The notes beneath the pieces were generated by a model. The model saw only the letters and a program-made list of their open reading frames with translations, was not told where the DNA came from and searched no databases. DNA of 64,000 bases from NCBI RefSeq assembly GCF_006345805.1, contig NC_042997.1:4898001-4962000 (forward strand), in the 5' to 3' direction. The DNA is from Octopus sinensis (lineage: Eukaryota). The translations under genes were made by a program, and so were the position numbers. Every line of letters starts with the position of its first letter. Position 1 is the first letter of the stretch. Of this stretch, positions 1 to 12,400 are shown one piece after another.

Positions 1-1
1 G

Positions 2-121
2 AATGTTCTGGGTGCAAACTTTCAACCTTCATGGAACCTGACGGTCAAAAATTGGCATAGTGAGATTGCGGATTACCATTATGGAACAGAAACTGATGCA
101 ATGGTTGGACATTATACTCAG
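2..121 (+). CDS. CAP/CRISP-family protein, internal exon A (cut by window start), CAP core
   Basis: Reads NVLGANFQPSWNLTVKNWHSEIADYHYGTETDAMVGHYTQ, the CAP pattern W-x2-E-x3-Y-x-YG...GHYTQ. Ends at a CAG|GTAATT donor, phase 0. Confidence 0.9.
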
Positions 122-934
122 GTAATTCTGATATTCTGTTTTGTTATTAATTTTCTATCCATATTTTCCTTTACAATAAAACTTATTGAAATTTGTTCGC
201 GTTATCTAAAAGACTTTAGTAAACATATCAATAAATTATTTAAAAAAATAGTTACTGTGTCACTTTGTTTCTCTCTGCTATTGATATGTCCCATCCCTAA
301 CTGACACTAGCAAGGTCTAGTTATCCTTTATTATTTTCATTGAAATTAGTGCCCATCATGAAAGTGACACTGGGTTACAATATACGGAGCCTAGTATAGC
401 CCTTATAACTACCCATCTGGTGAGGGTAAGTCAAGTGCATGCACCAGACACGGCGGTCTCATATCAAGATGAACAGCGCATGTCCTTTCAGATGGGGACC
501 ACTTAGAATTTACTTCAGGTCGAGTAAACCATCCCACTTAGAAGATCGTTGAAAAAGGTTGTTGAAGGATGTTGAACGAAACAAATATTTTAAAGAGGTA
601 AAACATTCAAACACATAGCTATGATGGTCACTCGCCACCAGGGACATGCTCAACTGGTTAAGGTCAAACAACTGACATGCAAAATTGTGTTATTTTCTGT
701 AGAACATATCTAATACCAAGACCTAAATTTGTACCTGTTAAAATTTTCAATTAGTTAAGATGAGACCCCATGAGAGCCAGTGTAAGCTATTATATCATGG
801 TATTCAAATCTGTGGTATAGAGCAGAATGCATGCTGTAGCACATCTTTTATACAAAGACAAATTATGTATATAACACTTCTAAGCAGTTAAGATCAGAAT
901 CGATGACAGCCAATATTTCGTAATGTATCAGGGC

Positions 935-2944
935 ATTATCATCATCAACATCATTATAGAAGCAAAGCTCAAGTTTAGTCATTTTCCTGGCAGGATTCAC
1001 ATTTTCGGCAGTCTTTCAAGTGCTTAGAACCTTCTTGATAATCGTTGCACTTTTGTCTATTTCTTTTGCGTTTAGTTTAGTCCAGTATTTACCATGAAGG
1101 GGCTTTTCTTGCCATCGTTTTATCATGGTTCGTTGCTGTTCTATTTTTAGTTTGGATTTCATTTGTTTTATAGCTTTTCTTGTTTCTTCTTCTTCTACTT
1201 CTTCTCCTTCTTCTTCTTCTTCTTCTTCTTCTTCTTCTTTTTCTTCTTCTTCTTCTTCTTTCTTCTTCTTCTTCTTCTTCTTCTTCTTCATCTTCATCTT
1301 CTTCTTCTTCTTCTTCTTCTTCTTCTTTTCTTCTTCTTCTTCTTCTTCTCTTCTTCTTCTCTTCTTCTTCTTCTTCATCTTCATCTTCTTCTTCTTCTTC
1401 TTCTTCTTCTCTTCTTCTTCTTCTTCTTCTTCGTCTTCTTCTTCTTCTTCATATTTATTAGGTGATGTGATTTCTTATTTGTATTTGTCAGCTTCCTTAA
1501 ATACTGAGAACATTTTTTTTGTTTTGCTCGTGTTTTGTCGCTATTTGTATCAGTTTTCCTTCTTTCTGAAGTAGATATTTTTGCAGTCCTATGGTGGTTA
1601 TTTTATAGTAGTTTTCCAGGTGTATAAGGCCTCGACCACCTTCTATACGTTGTATATATAGTCTTTCATTGTCAGATTTTGGGTGATGCATCCTAGATCC
1701 TGTCATTATTTTTCTTGTTTTCCTATCTATTTTGGTCAGTTCATTTAGTGTCCAGTTAAGGATATTGTAGCTGTAAATTATAACTGGGACAGCTAAAGTG
1801 TTAATACCGATTTTCTTGTTATTAGCATTGAGCTCTGTTTTTAATATTGATCTAACTCGTCTATAATATTCTTTATTTACTTTCTCTTTCCTTTGTGTGT
1901 CTTGTGTCTTATTTAGTTCATGGGTTCCTAAGTATTTGTAAGTTTGGCTTTGGTCTAATTCTTTTATTTCATTGGTTTTATCTAGTGTGATGTTACTACT
2001 ATTAACTAGTTTTCATTTTTTCAGGGTTACTTTGGCGCATTTTTCTAATCCAAATTTCATATCTATTTATTTGGTAAATCCATGAACCGTCTTTAATAGT
2101 GTTTCCAGCTCTTTGTCATTTGCAGCGTATAGTTTTAGGTCATCCATATATAAACGGTGGCTGATCGTTTTGCCGTAATATATATATCTGCATCCAGTTC
2201 TATTTAGCATATCAGATAGAGGTGACAGTGCCAAGCAGAAAAGGAGTGGAGAGAGCGTGTCTCCCTGGAATATTCCTCTTCTAATAGGGATGGCTTTGGT
2301 TTTCCTGAGTTCCTCTTTTGTATGGAGCTGTAGCACTGTTTGCCATTTATTCTAAGAGTGCCCTATGAATTTTATAATTGTTGGTGCTACTTTGTTAATG
2401 GCTAGTGTTTCGAGGATCCATGTGTGGGGGATGCTATCAAACGCGTTTTTGCAGTCGATCCAGGCCATACTGAGGCCTTTCTTCTTTCTGTGGCTGTCTT
2501 CGGTTATGGCTTTATTAATCATTAGTTGATCTTTACAGCCATATGAGCCTTTGCAGCATCCTTTCTGCTCTTCTGAAAACAGGTTGTTTTCGTCCAGGGG
2601 CTTGTTCAACCTTTGCGATATCACTGCAGTAACTGCCTTGTACAGTGTAGGGAGAAGGGTTATTGGTCTGTAGTTTTCTGGTTTTGCTGTCTCGTTTGAT
2701 TTTGGAATTCAGATGGTTTTCCCCTTCGTGAGCCATTCAGGCATTGTCTCTGGCTCTGCTAGTATGTTGTTAAAGTTTTCAGCCAGCTTTTTGTGGATTC
2801 CTGTTAGATATTTCAACCAGAAGTTGGGGATCTTGTCATGCCCAAGTGCCTTCCAGTTGCTTAGTCGTTGCAGTGCCTGGGTGACCTCTTCAGTTGTTAT
2901 GGGGGTCCAAAGTTGCTCGGATGCTGAGTTTGATGTTTGAATAC

Positions 2945-2945
<1 letters not shown>
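935..2945 (-). mobile_element. R4/Dong-clade non-LTR retrotransposon relic (RT region, 5'-truncated, endonuclease apparently deleted)
   Basis: Frameshifted minus-strand fragments: NWKALGHDKIPNFWLK, EQKGCCKGSYGCKDQL, MAWIDCKNAFDSIPH, GIFQGDTLSPLLF, YMDDLKLYA, LYIQRIEGGRGL, WQEKPLHGKYW, terminal TIIKKVLST*. Confidence 0.88.
1186..1450. repeat. (CTT/GAA)n microsatellite inside the R4/Dong ORF
   Basis: About 265 bp of CTT repeats with recurring CATCTTCATC interruptions. Confidence 0.95.
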
Positions 2946-3010
<65 letters not shown>

Positions 3011-3062
3011 CGTTGTTGTTGTTGTTGTTGTTGTTGTTGTTATTATCTTTATTATTATTATA
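2942..3062. repeat. (ATT)n/(GTT)n microsatellite
   Basis: Visible trinucleotide array between two R4/Dong relics. Confidence 0.95.
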
Positions 3063-3300
3063 ATTCTCGTTATCACAGATTTTGTTGGAGCTCTTGGAGT
3101 CTTGCATGCGTAGCGGGTTCACTACGAGCACCCTGCAGTACCATGCTATTCGTTCTTCCTGATTATTCTGGTCATTTTATTCCAATTTTCTATATAATTC
3201 TCATGATGTCATCTGATACTGTTCCCAAGGAAAAGTATCAGATGTCATATTCACCTTCTTCATTTTCCATAGCCGGGCGTATTTATCTATCTCTTCACCT
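3063..3300 (-). mobile_element. Degenerate R4/Dong-type 3' end
   Basis: Minus strand gives LGTVSDD...KIGIK...GTA(R)VLR-like C-terminal residues, then a short UTR running into (AAT)n. Confidence 0.5.
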
Positions 3301-3654
3301 TCGTCATTATTATTATTCTTTTCGTTGTTGTTATTGTTATTGTTGTTGTTGTTGTTATTAATTTATACCTATAATCCCCATGTCTATTACAATTACTTAC
3401 CGAGACATAGCCAAATTTCTAGGGTGAGTGAAGGATAAAATTTGTTACCGAATGAGTGAAAGTTTGTGGGCGGGAAGTAGCAGGGGCAGTAATGAAATAT
3501 ATTAATGTAATACAATACAGACACTTAAATGGAAAGTGGTTTTCTAAAGATGTTGGCAGCAGTTGGTAGTACAATCTTTTGGATTGTTCTCGTGGGATGT
3601 TATATAGATGTTTCTGACTTACCCCTTTTTTTATAATACCTAGTTCACCTAGAA

Positions 3655-6578
3655 CGGTGTTCCCCAAACATTTCGCGCCAAATTGCAATATCGCCCGCCT
3701 CTTTGTTAAAAAATTCTCCATTGCCCACATGTGTTAAAAAAAACCGTGACACAACCTCCCAACAGAAAATCCCCTACCCCGCTTTCATTTGACACACATA
3801 CTGTATCGTAGGCTCATTGCCCTGTTAGTGTCGTTGGTACTAATTATGCGGTTGTTTACAATTCCATTATTGCGGGTTTAATTTTGCCATTAATATTAAT
3901 AAAATTCTAACGTTAACACTATATTTTTTAGGCATATTAACTTCTGGAAAGTTGCGCTTTCTTTTAGACTGATTTTCATTTTCCCTAAATGAACCATTTA
4001 TCAGAATTACCGGTGCAAATCTAATTAATGATTATATCATAAATGAAAAATAAAACTTTTTAATAATAACCATGTGTCTGGTGCGAAACAAATAGTGCAA
4101 ATATATTCGGTTTCAAACTTGTCAAGTTTAACCGCAAGTTTTCTCGTTGTGTCATATCCAGTCCAATTCGTTTATGGGAAAGTAAACTTCTAACATGGTT
4201 AAAACTTGATTTAACTAGGTATTAGGTAGAGAATGCAAGCAAAAGGAATATCAGATGTCTCCACAGACTGGTGTAGGAATTCAATATACGCTGATGGTAC
4301 CACAAACCTTCTTTGCTATTACGTATTGTGGCGTCATTATCATTTTCTAATTCTATCAATTCCTACTGAACGTCATCCTCGCAATCTACTTCAACCTCAA
4401 ACGGATTGCTATACCAATTAGGAATATATCCGGTGCAATAAAATCTTGAAATCGCTCCAACATGTTATCCTGCTATGATTGTAAATAGCTGCGATATATA
4501 GTTAAATCCTCATCGACTAATTCATCTTTAAAAAAATTCAAGTTTTGGAAGTTGACGGAATTGTTTTTTTTAATGTTAGTTTTATACAACAATTTAGTGA
4601 TAAATGATTTACATTCAATGAGAGTGTTTCTGTTTCCTTGCAATAGCTTATTCAAATCATCTAATTTTGTGAATATATGACAAATAAATAAATATCACAC
4701 TTTGCAGCCATAAATGAAGCGAACAGTGGAGTAGCTTCAAAGAAAGATCAGATTATATGAAACAGTTCACCAAAGCGTAAAATACAGTTTCTTTTTGAAA
4801 GTCACCGCACTTCAGAGTTTAGTATGGTCCTCATCATCTCGCAGACATAGTTGACGGAAAATTCGATCAGACAAGGGACTGGACTTCAATTTATTCACAG
4901 TCTTGATAACTGACTGTAGCGGATCATTTAACCAACTGTTCATATTTTTGCCACTAAATGCTGCCGGTGTGCCAAGCAATAAACAGTTAGTATCTGGTGG
5001 GAAATTTCCCGCTTTAGGGGAGATGAAAATCTTCTGTATCTTCATATAATCGAAGGGGCTCCATCAGATGCACAGGCAATAATGTAACTAAGTGGGTTAT
5101 TATGTTCATAAAGGAAACACTTGAGAGTGTGAAATTAGTTGCACATCTTGAATCAAGCAGCCATCTCCCTGTGAACTGCATTTCGGTGAAATACTGAACA
5201 TATACCATCATCAAACATTGATTATCCCCAACAGTTGACTCATCCACTTGTGTAGAAGATTCAGAACGGTGGAGAATATTAATGAGCTCATGTTTGACAT
5301 CGTTGGCCATTTCATCGATGCTTCGAGAAATTGTGTTATTAGTAAGTGGGATCTTCATAATGTTATCGGGTTTCTCGTGCATAATGGTTGACAAAACCAA
5401 TTCGATAACTGAGCGTGTGAAACCATTGAGTGAAAATTCCCAGTCTTAGCAAAAAGCAATGCAATGTTGCATGATGCAATCAAATTGTCATTCTCCTGTT
5501 TAATAGTTTACTGGAATAGCATGTTGAATGTTCGTATTTACTTTTTGAAAGAGAAGTTTAGTTGCAAAATGTATGCTGACGGCTTCTCCTTCTTGTCAGA
5601 ATGCTTTGAATCGACGTGATACTTCAAGCGTGATGGTTTCATTGCTTCATTGGTCAATGTATGATGGCAAAGAAGGCAAATTGGTAGCTGACAGTTCTGA
5701 GAAGAGTGAAGAAATCCAAACGATAACTGATCCCTATTGTACTGTCAACAAATTTTCTTGACAGGAATAAAGTGAAAATGGGAAAACGAATTTCTACAGA
5801 TGGAATCAGAAAGGCAATATGGTATTCCCAAAGAGAAGACGTCAATAGAGCAGAGTAAGATGACACATCTTTACTGGAGCAAATTCGGTTCAACTTCGTT
5901 TGGCTGCCAGCATTTCAATAACTAAAGTTTATCGAAGATTTTAAAATTTGGCACATTAATGTACATTCCGATTAAAATTGCTGGCTTTATTCAAAGCAGA
6001 AAAATGCTTACAAAATGTCATAGAGGTTTAAAGTTTGATAATTTTCAACCAGTAAAGAAACACAATTTCAAAACTGTCATTTTGTGCGCTACTGCGCGTT
6101 TTGTCAACACCCTGAAAATAGCACTTGTGTTTTGATATGGAACTACAGAATTACGCACGAAATATAACCCCTGATAACTTTTATTTTATTTTTCGGAATT
6201 TTCGGGGAATTTTTATGAATTCGAATTCTACACACGGGAGTTCATACGCTTATGCCCCCCTAAAAACTTTGTAGTGGAGTATGATTTAAGGCCTAGGCTT
6301 ATTTGGTTGCTATGTTTAGCACGCATGACAGCCATCTCAATGACTGCGATAAAAATATTCGATCGACAAACAAGTTCGTGTATTTAATATGTCTTATGTT
6401 AGTGCATTCATATTCTAGGCATGCTTAGATATCAGTAAATACAGACTCAATTTCTAAAAATTCATTGCCACTCACAGAATGTTCATATCGCCCACCAAAA
6501 TCTCAAATCACCCACTATTTTCTAGACATTCGCCCATCGCCCACCGGTGGACGATATCGTCCACTTCGGGAAGCTATG
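3655..6578 (-). mobile_element. hAT (Buster/FAM200-like) DNA transposon, degenerate, both ends present
   Basis: Transposase relic about 4060-5910 (PLTNNTISRSIDEMA, QVDEST, C-terminal LRLNLTSLKPNI...HQTHGYY*). Imperfect TIRs CGGTGTTCCCCAAAC / CATAGCTTCCCGAAG. Flanking 8-mers ACCTAGAA (3647-3654) and ACTTAGAG (6579-6586), both with central TA. Confidence 0.85.
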
Positions 6579-6670
6579 ACTTAGAGTAACTGGAGCAGTT
6601 CTCGTTCTAAGATTCACATGTTTTATATTTCAAATTGAAGGTCCTTATATTTACTTAAATTGTCGAATTC

Positions 6671-6676
<6 letters not shown>

Positions 6677-6711
<35 letters not shown>

Positions 6712-6732
6712 GTAGTAGTAGTAGTAGTAGTA

Positions 6733-6767
<35 letters not shown>
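6677..6767. repeat. (ATT)n(AGT)n compound microsatellite
   Basis: Visible array at the 3' tail of the neighbouring R4/Dong fragment. Confidence 0.95.
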
Positions 6768-6779
6768 TCTGTATTATCA

Positions 6780-7620
6780 ACATTATTGTTAGTATTCTTT
6801 CATTATTATTAGTATTATTGTTATTGCTGTTTTTGTTGTTGGTGTTCAACATTTGATAGTTTCTGGCTATCAATTTTCTACTGCATCACCTCCTACACAT
6901 CCGTGTTGCCTGTCTATTTTGTTGCTGAGTGTCTGTAAACCTTTACAAGTATTGTATTGCGTCAGTTTCTTTCTTTTTTGTGAGGATGGATAGCGGTAGA
7001 AGTCTTATTTTGTATCAATCGTTTGTATTGTGTGTTGTGTTGTGAACCTAGCCTGCTGGTGGCATATTATAGTATTGGATACTTAGTAAATATAATGTAC
7101 CTTGTATTTTTGTAATATTTCATATGAGTTGTATTATGTTATTGAGAGTGTCTTACGTTGTGTCTGGTTTGGGTTGTAATATTGAACTGATTATCCCTTG
7201 CGTAGGATGTGGACTGTTCCTAGCAGAGCTTTTTTTTTTTGCATTTTTTGAATTAGTGTTGAGGATCCCTGTATAGCTCCTGCGATTTGGTTCACATAAT
7301 TTTTAAATATCATGCTCCAATTATTACTCCTATTGTTGTCGACTTTTTGACTCAAATCTTGAAACTTTCAATTTCGCCTTCTTTATTTATTTAGATAATT
7401 TCTCCACTACTTTTTGGAGAATGCTTGTAATTAAGCAGGTGTTCTCTTTTTCAAATCTTGATTATTATGTCTCAGTGAGAACTTTTATTTACTGTACCTA
7501 TTTGGAACATGTTTATATCATTTATTGTCAGATTTTATGTTCTAGTATTGCCATATTGTTGTTCTAGCAGCAGATTTTCCACTCTCTTCTGGTACGTTAC
7601 TAGGTAACACTGCCCATGGA
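6780..7620 (-). mobile_element. R4/Dong-type LINE 3' fragment (REL endonuclease region and 3' UTR)
   Basis: Degenerate minus-strand translation with IIIKDLKKRTCL, TTIGVIIGA and ALLGTVHILRK, followed by a UTR ending in trinucleotide repeats. Confidence 0.7.
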
Positions 7621-8271
7621 GTCCCGGGCGATAACTGATCAGTCATGTGTCTTGCTCAGTATTAAAATTTTTAACACAACACCGCTTCTGATTTCTTTGA
7701 ATGAATATGTTTTGCATGTCATAATCAAATGTGTCTTATATAGGGAGAAAATTCGCCTTTTCATTTTTTTTTTCAGTAGATGCATATCCGGGCATTGCTG
7801 TTTTGTAGTGTGTTACACACTGACTAATTTAAAACACTTTGTGTTCGTTCGGGAAAAATCGTTTTGTTTTTGTTTTGTCTCGCTCGTGACATGTATTTTA
7901 GGCCGGGATAGTGTTGCGTTCGTGCTTATGCGTTGTGTACGCATTATTTATGTTGCTTATAAATATTAAACAGTATGCATATTAAAATATTATGCATACA
8001 AATTATGCATAATTAAAAATATAATGCAAATTATGCTTATAAATATTAAACTGTATGCATAAATAGTTCCATGTAAAAGTAATAAATGAATTTATACTAG
8101 CGGGAACTTTGAATATTTCACGGAATTAATAGTAAACCTATCGGGTTAATTCTGAAAACTTTATCCAAAAATACTGAATGCATATCTTGTGTAGTTTCCG
8201 TACGGAAAGTTATTCGTCTGCTAATCAGTGGAAATTGAAAGTATTTAGAATACGAGGATTACTGAATGCAC

Positions 8272-8695
8272 TTTACTCTTTTATTTGTTTCAGTCATTTG
8301 AATGCGGCCATGCTGGAGCACCGCCTTTAGTCGAGCAAATCGACCCCAGGACTTATTCTTTGTAAGCCTAGTAATTATTATATCGGTCTCTTTTGCCGAA
8401 CCGCTAATGTTAAGGGGACGTAAACACACCAGCATCCGTTGTCAAACGGTGTTGGGGGGGGGGACAAACACAGGCACAAAAACATACACACGCTCACACA
8501 CACTCACATATATATATATATATATATATATGCAACGGGCTTCTTTCAGTTTCCGTCTACCAAATACACTCACAAGGCTTTGGTCGGCCCGAGGCAATTT
8601 TAGAGGACACTTGCCCAAGGTGCCACGCAGAGTGACTGAACCCAAAACATGTGGTTGGTGAGCAAGCTACTTACCACACACCAACTCCTACGCCT
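8272..8695 (-). mobile_element. tRNA-derived SINE, family 1
   Basis: Reverse complement begins AGGCGTAGGAGTTGG...GTGGTAAGTAGCTTGC, has an internal (CA)/(TA) spacer and the tail GGCGGTGCTCCAGCATGGCC. Five more copies in the window. Confidence 0.88.
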
Positions 8696-9704
8696 AAATA
8701 TACACATTTATATAGACGCATATACTGGATGTACAATTTTATAGACTTAATACACAGCACTCATTAAATAAATATTCACTTTTAGTTTTCTGTTTTTCCC
8801 ATAAAGGAATAAAAATTACCCCTACATATAATACAACCATTAGCTACGTTTCATATATCTGGCAAGTAGATAAGCGCGAATATTTCACGCAATTGCACTT
8901 ATGTGCATGCGTTAAGTGATAGGTGAAATAAAAAAATGAATCACGTTTCACTATCCAATCACCTCTACCACCATTAACATCGTCATCTCTCTCTACACAT
9001 CTCCATCTCTTTCATCCCTCATCCCACTTTTCTCTTTCTCTCCCTCTTCAGTCTCTCTTCCCCCTCTGTTACTCTCTGTTTTCAACCTCACCATCAGAAC
9101 ATCACTCCTCTACTAAAATTATTACGTTCCCTTTACCTCATGTCATGGTCGTTTCTTTCTTTCTTTCTTTTTCACTCTCCGTCTTTTTTCTCTGTCGTTT
9201 TTCTCTCTCACTGTCTCTGTCTGGCTCTTCGCCTAATCCTCTTTTACTCTCTACTTTCATTTCTCCTCCTTTTCCCTTTAACTAATCCCATGAAATCAAT
9301 ACAAAGACATTCCCTCTGCCTCATGTCATTGACACTTCTCCCTCCTTAGTTTTTCTACCTCCTCATTTTTCTCACTCCCCCTTGTCTGTCCCCCTCATTT
9401 CTCTAATCACGTGAAAGTGTTACCGACGGACTAAGTAACGCAATGTCAAGCACAATTATTATAAGGTAGTACCTGATGTTGGTGTCGACATTTTACACAT
9501 CTCACATTGAGACATCTTGGAAGAGAGAAAGAAACTATGCTTTATATAACTACAAAATTTTGGATGTTTTGTTACTTTGCTTAAATTTACTTTTTCCACG
9601 GCGAATTTTTCCTTCCAAAGCGTTGATATTTGTTCTATTAAATTCATTTTGTGGTAAGAGCTTCGTAGCATATGCCCAAGTTATTTAGCCATGAATACTT
9701 TCTT

Positions 9705-9705
<1 letters not shown>

Positions 9706-9791
<86 letters not shown>

Positions 9792-9845
9792 TATTATTAT
9801 TATTATTTTATTATTGTTATTATTATTATTATTATCATTGTTATA

Positions 9846-9876
<31 letters not shown>

Positions 9877-9929
9877 TATTATTATTATTATTATTTTATT
9901 ATTATTATTATTATCGTTATAATTATTAA

Positions 9930-10022
<93 letters not shown>
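9706..10022. repeat. (CTT)n(ATT)n microsatellite abutting the exon B acceptor
   Basis: About 315 bp array ending 8 bp before the AG at 10029-10030. Confidence 0.95.
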
Positions 10023-10030
10023 CGTAACAG

Positions 10031-10125
10031 GAAATATACTGGGATGCGAAACTCATTGGATGTGGAGGAGCATATTGTCCTAATTCGCACTTGAAATATA
10101 TTTACGTCTGCGATTACTATACTGG
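10031..10125 (+). CDS. CAP/CRISP-family protein, exon B
   Basis: Acceptor TAACAG|. Reads EIYWDAKLIGCGGAYCPNSHLKYIYVCDYYTG, continuing GHYTQ with the IGCG and YVCxY CAP motifs. 95 bp, phase 0 to 2, donor GG|GCAAGT. Confidence 0.87.
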
Positions 10126-10318
10126 GCAAGTACAAGACGATTGCAATGCATTTGTTTTCATTTTGTTTTCATTTGTTTCTATCCTCAGCTTCATGTATAT
10201 ATATATGTTTCGGGGCGCATACGCGGATTCTATGAGCGTGGTTTTACCTTTTTCCAGTAATTTTACTTTCTTCCTATTCGGCTTATTTCCCTTTATTTAG
10301 TAGTCATTCACATAAATC

Positions 10319-10383
10319 TTTCTTAATAACGGTCATCTTCAGAGTAATTACCCAATACTCTGAAGATGACCGTTATTAAGAAA
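10319..10383. repeat. Perfect 28-bp inverted repeat with 9-nt loop
   Basis: TTTCTTAATAACGGTCATCTTCAGAGTA (10319-10346) and its exact reverse complement (10356-10383). Confidence 0.95.
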
Positions 10384-10969
10384 AATTATTATTATTAAGA
10401 AAGATTATTATCGCGGTGGTCACGCGCGGAACAAAACCTCTGTGCACAAGCAAATTGTCTTCGCAGCACTAACTTAGGCTTAGGTACATGTGATGCATAG
10501 CCGATAAGATGCCCCAAGTGCAAAATACAGTACGTTGGTAACATAGTCCAGCAACTCGTGCATGTATATATTTGAAAAAAATGTGTCTACTTGGTTAGTG
10601 TGCTATTTAGCGATTATGAGAGCGATTAAGTTACAAAAATAAAATGCATGTCGTGGTGGTATTAGTTATGAATCGTGACAGTTATGCTGTAATGTAAAAA
10701 TGGAATTGAAAAATTAAATGTGTGCAGCGGTTTCAATGATTTGGTTTACGTATAATGTATAACCTATTTTCATGAGTGATTTCCTTAATAACTTCATATT
10801 TATTTACAGCATATTTACATGCGCACATATATATGTATTCATACATAGATATACACAATACTATACCTATAAATGTGCATATATATATATATATTATTAA
10901 AATTTATGTATTGATTAAGTCTTTCCTTGTTTGTTTTGCAAAATAGTGGTTTTGTCTCGAATAATATTT

Positions 10970-11000
<31 letters not shown>

Positions 11001-11075
11001 AGCTATACTCATTTTAGAGACATATGTATATAGATATGCATATATATATGTATATATATATATATATTATATATA

Positions 11076-11123
<48 letters not shown>

Positions 11124-11373
11124 AGAGAGAGAGAAAAAGAAAGAGATAGATAGATACATACATACCCATATACATACATAGACAGATGGATAAATAGACA
11201 GATACATATATATTCATACATAGCTTATATACATTCGTATATGATATGTGTGTATGTATGTGTGTGTGTAGGCAAATATGCTAATGGCATAACCGTATAC
11301 GCAGACACGACTAAAGTAAATGATACCCTTATAATCATCAACAATTAATTAAATGTGAAATGATAGATTCAAA

Positions 11374-12400
11374 TTATTTATTATTATAATATGAGTATTG
11401 AGTAGACATGCCTTTTGCACCTTTCAATGCAGCGACCCTATTAACCATATCACTTATCAGCTTACGAATATTCTTTTGAGGAATTTCTTGCTTCATTTCA
11501 TGTAGTAATCTCAAAATAATTGGATTTGAAGACGCATCCTTGTCCTTTTGATGCATTTTCAAGTCCATTATGTCCCAGACGTTTTGAATAGGGTCAATAC
11601 CTGGTGACTGGCTTGGCCATTGAATATTTTCTATGCCATTTTCATTCAACAAATCTTAGGTCATTTTCGCCGTGTGACAAGGAGCCCCATATTCTATAAA
11701 TAAACTGCCATCTTTAATCATTTCACAACCGGAGAAGATTGGAATGTGTCCTTTCTGCAATGTGGATACATTTTTATCTAAGTTTATGATTTCCTCATAT
11801 TCCACCAGCTCTGCTTAACTATCGCGCCAAGTTGTTCTCTAGACCATCACAGAAATTCTGCCGTGTTTCTATGTTGGCTGCAATCTTTACGCACTAAACA
11901 TTCGTGATCAGAGATTCTTTCAGCCCCATACCCAACCACTATGACGACATATAGCAAATCTGGACAAATCAGGGAATATGACGGTGTCATAAAAGGCTAG
12001 TGGCCTCTCAACCATCTCACAGGTCCAATCTTTTCTCCACTGAATGTTGGCTGGTCGAAGGATTTGCTTCCTTCATGCTTCCTACTTGCAGAATAATAAT
12101 CATTTTTGTGGAGATACTTGACAGCTGTTCTGCAAATAACATCAAATTGTTCCTCTGTCAGAGGCCTTGCAACGAGGATTTTCTTCCACACTTCTCTTAA
12201 CAAACCAAAAGATCCTGTCAGAGGGTTCTAGTTGATTTGGGCAAGGTGGTATGAACTCCTTTTCCTCTCTGGTGAATTGCTGAATCTTACTATTAACTCT
12301 AGAAAGTGGGATCCCAATGTTTTCTGCGATTTTACGCAATGTCCAGCTTCAGAATGACCAACAATATAGCATGTTTGAAGTTCCGACAGCTGCAAGATAT
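11374..12400 (-). mobile_element. Tc1-family transposase pseudogene
   Basis: HTH region RKIAENIGIPLSRV, VIFPDLSRFA (from VIFSDES), EYGAPCHTA (from QDGAP) and WPSQSPGIDPIQNVW (from WPxQSPDLNPIEN). Two catalytic residues are mutated and there are frameshifts. TIRs not located. Confidence 0.87.

Noticed and set aside
122-304. Continuation of ORF 101-304 beyond GHYTQ as a membrane protein
   Set aside because: After 121 it is intron (GTAATT donor). The CAP motif continues only in exon B.
299-760. GC-richer block that looks like an interspersed repeat
   Set aside because: No protein motif, TIR or second copy in the window, so it cannot be classified.
1016-1574. Poly-K/E/S/F/L ORFs, and the many YI-, CV-, N- and YVCM-repeat ORFs across the track
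   Set aside because: They are translations of microsatellites in stop-free frames, not genes.
8272-8695. tRNA-like heads of SINEs as tRNA genes
   Set aside because: Each is fused to a SINE body and tail and lacks a complete cloverleaf.
8860-9455. Pyrimidine-rich block with a Helitron-like 3' end
   Set aside because: Single copy with unclear 5' end, insufficient support.
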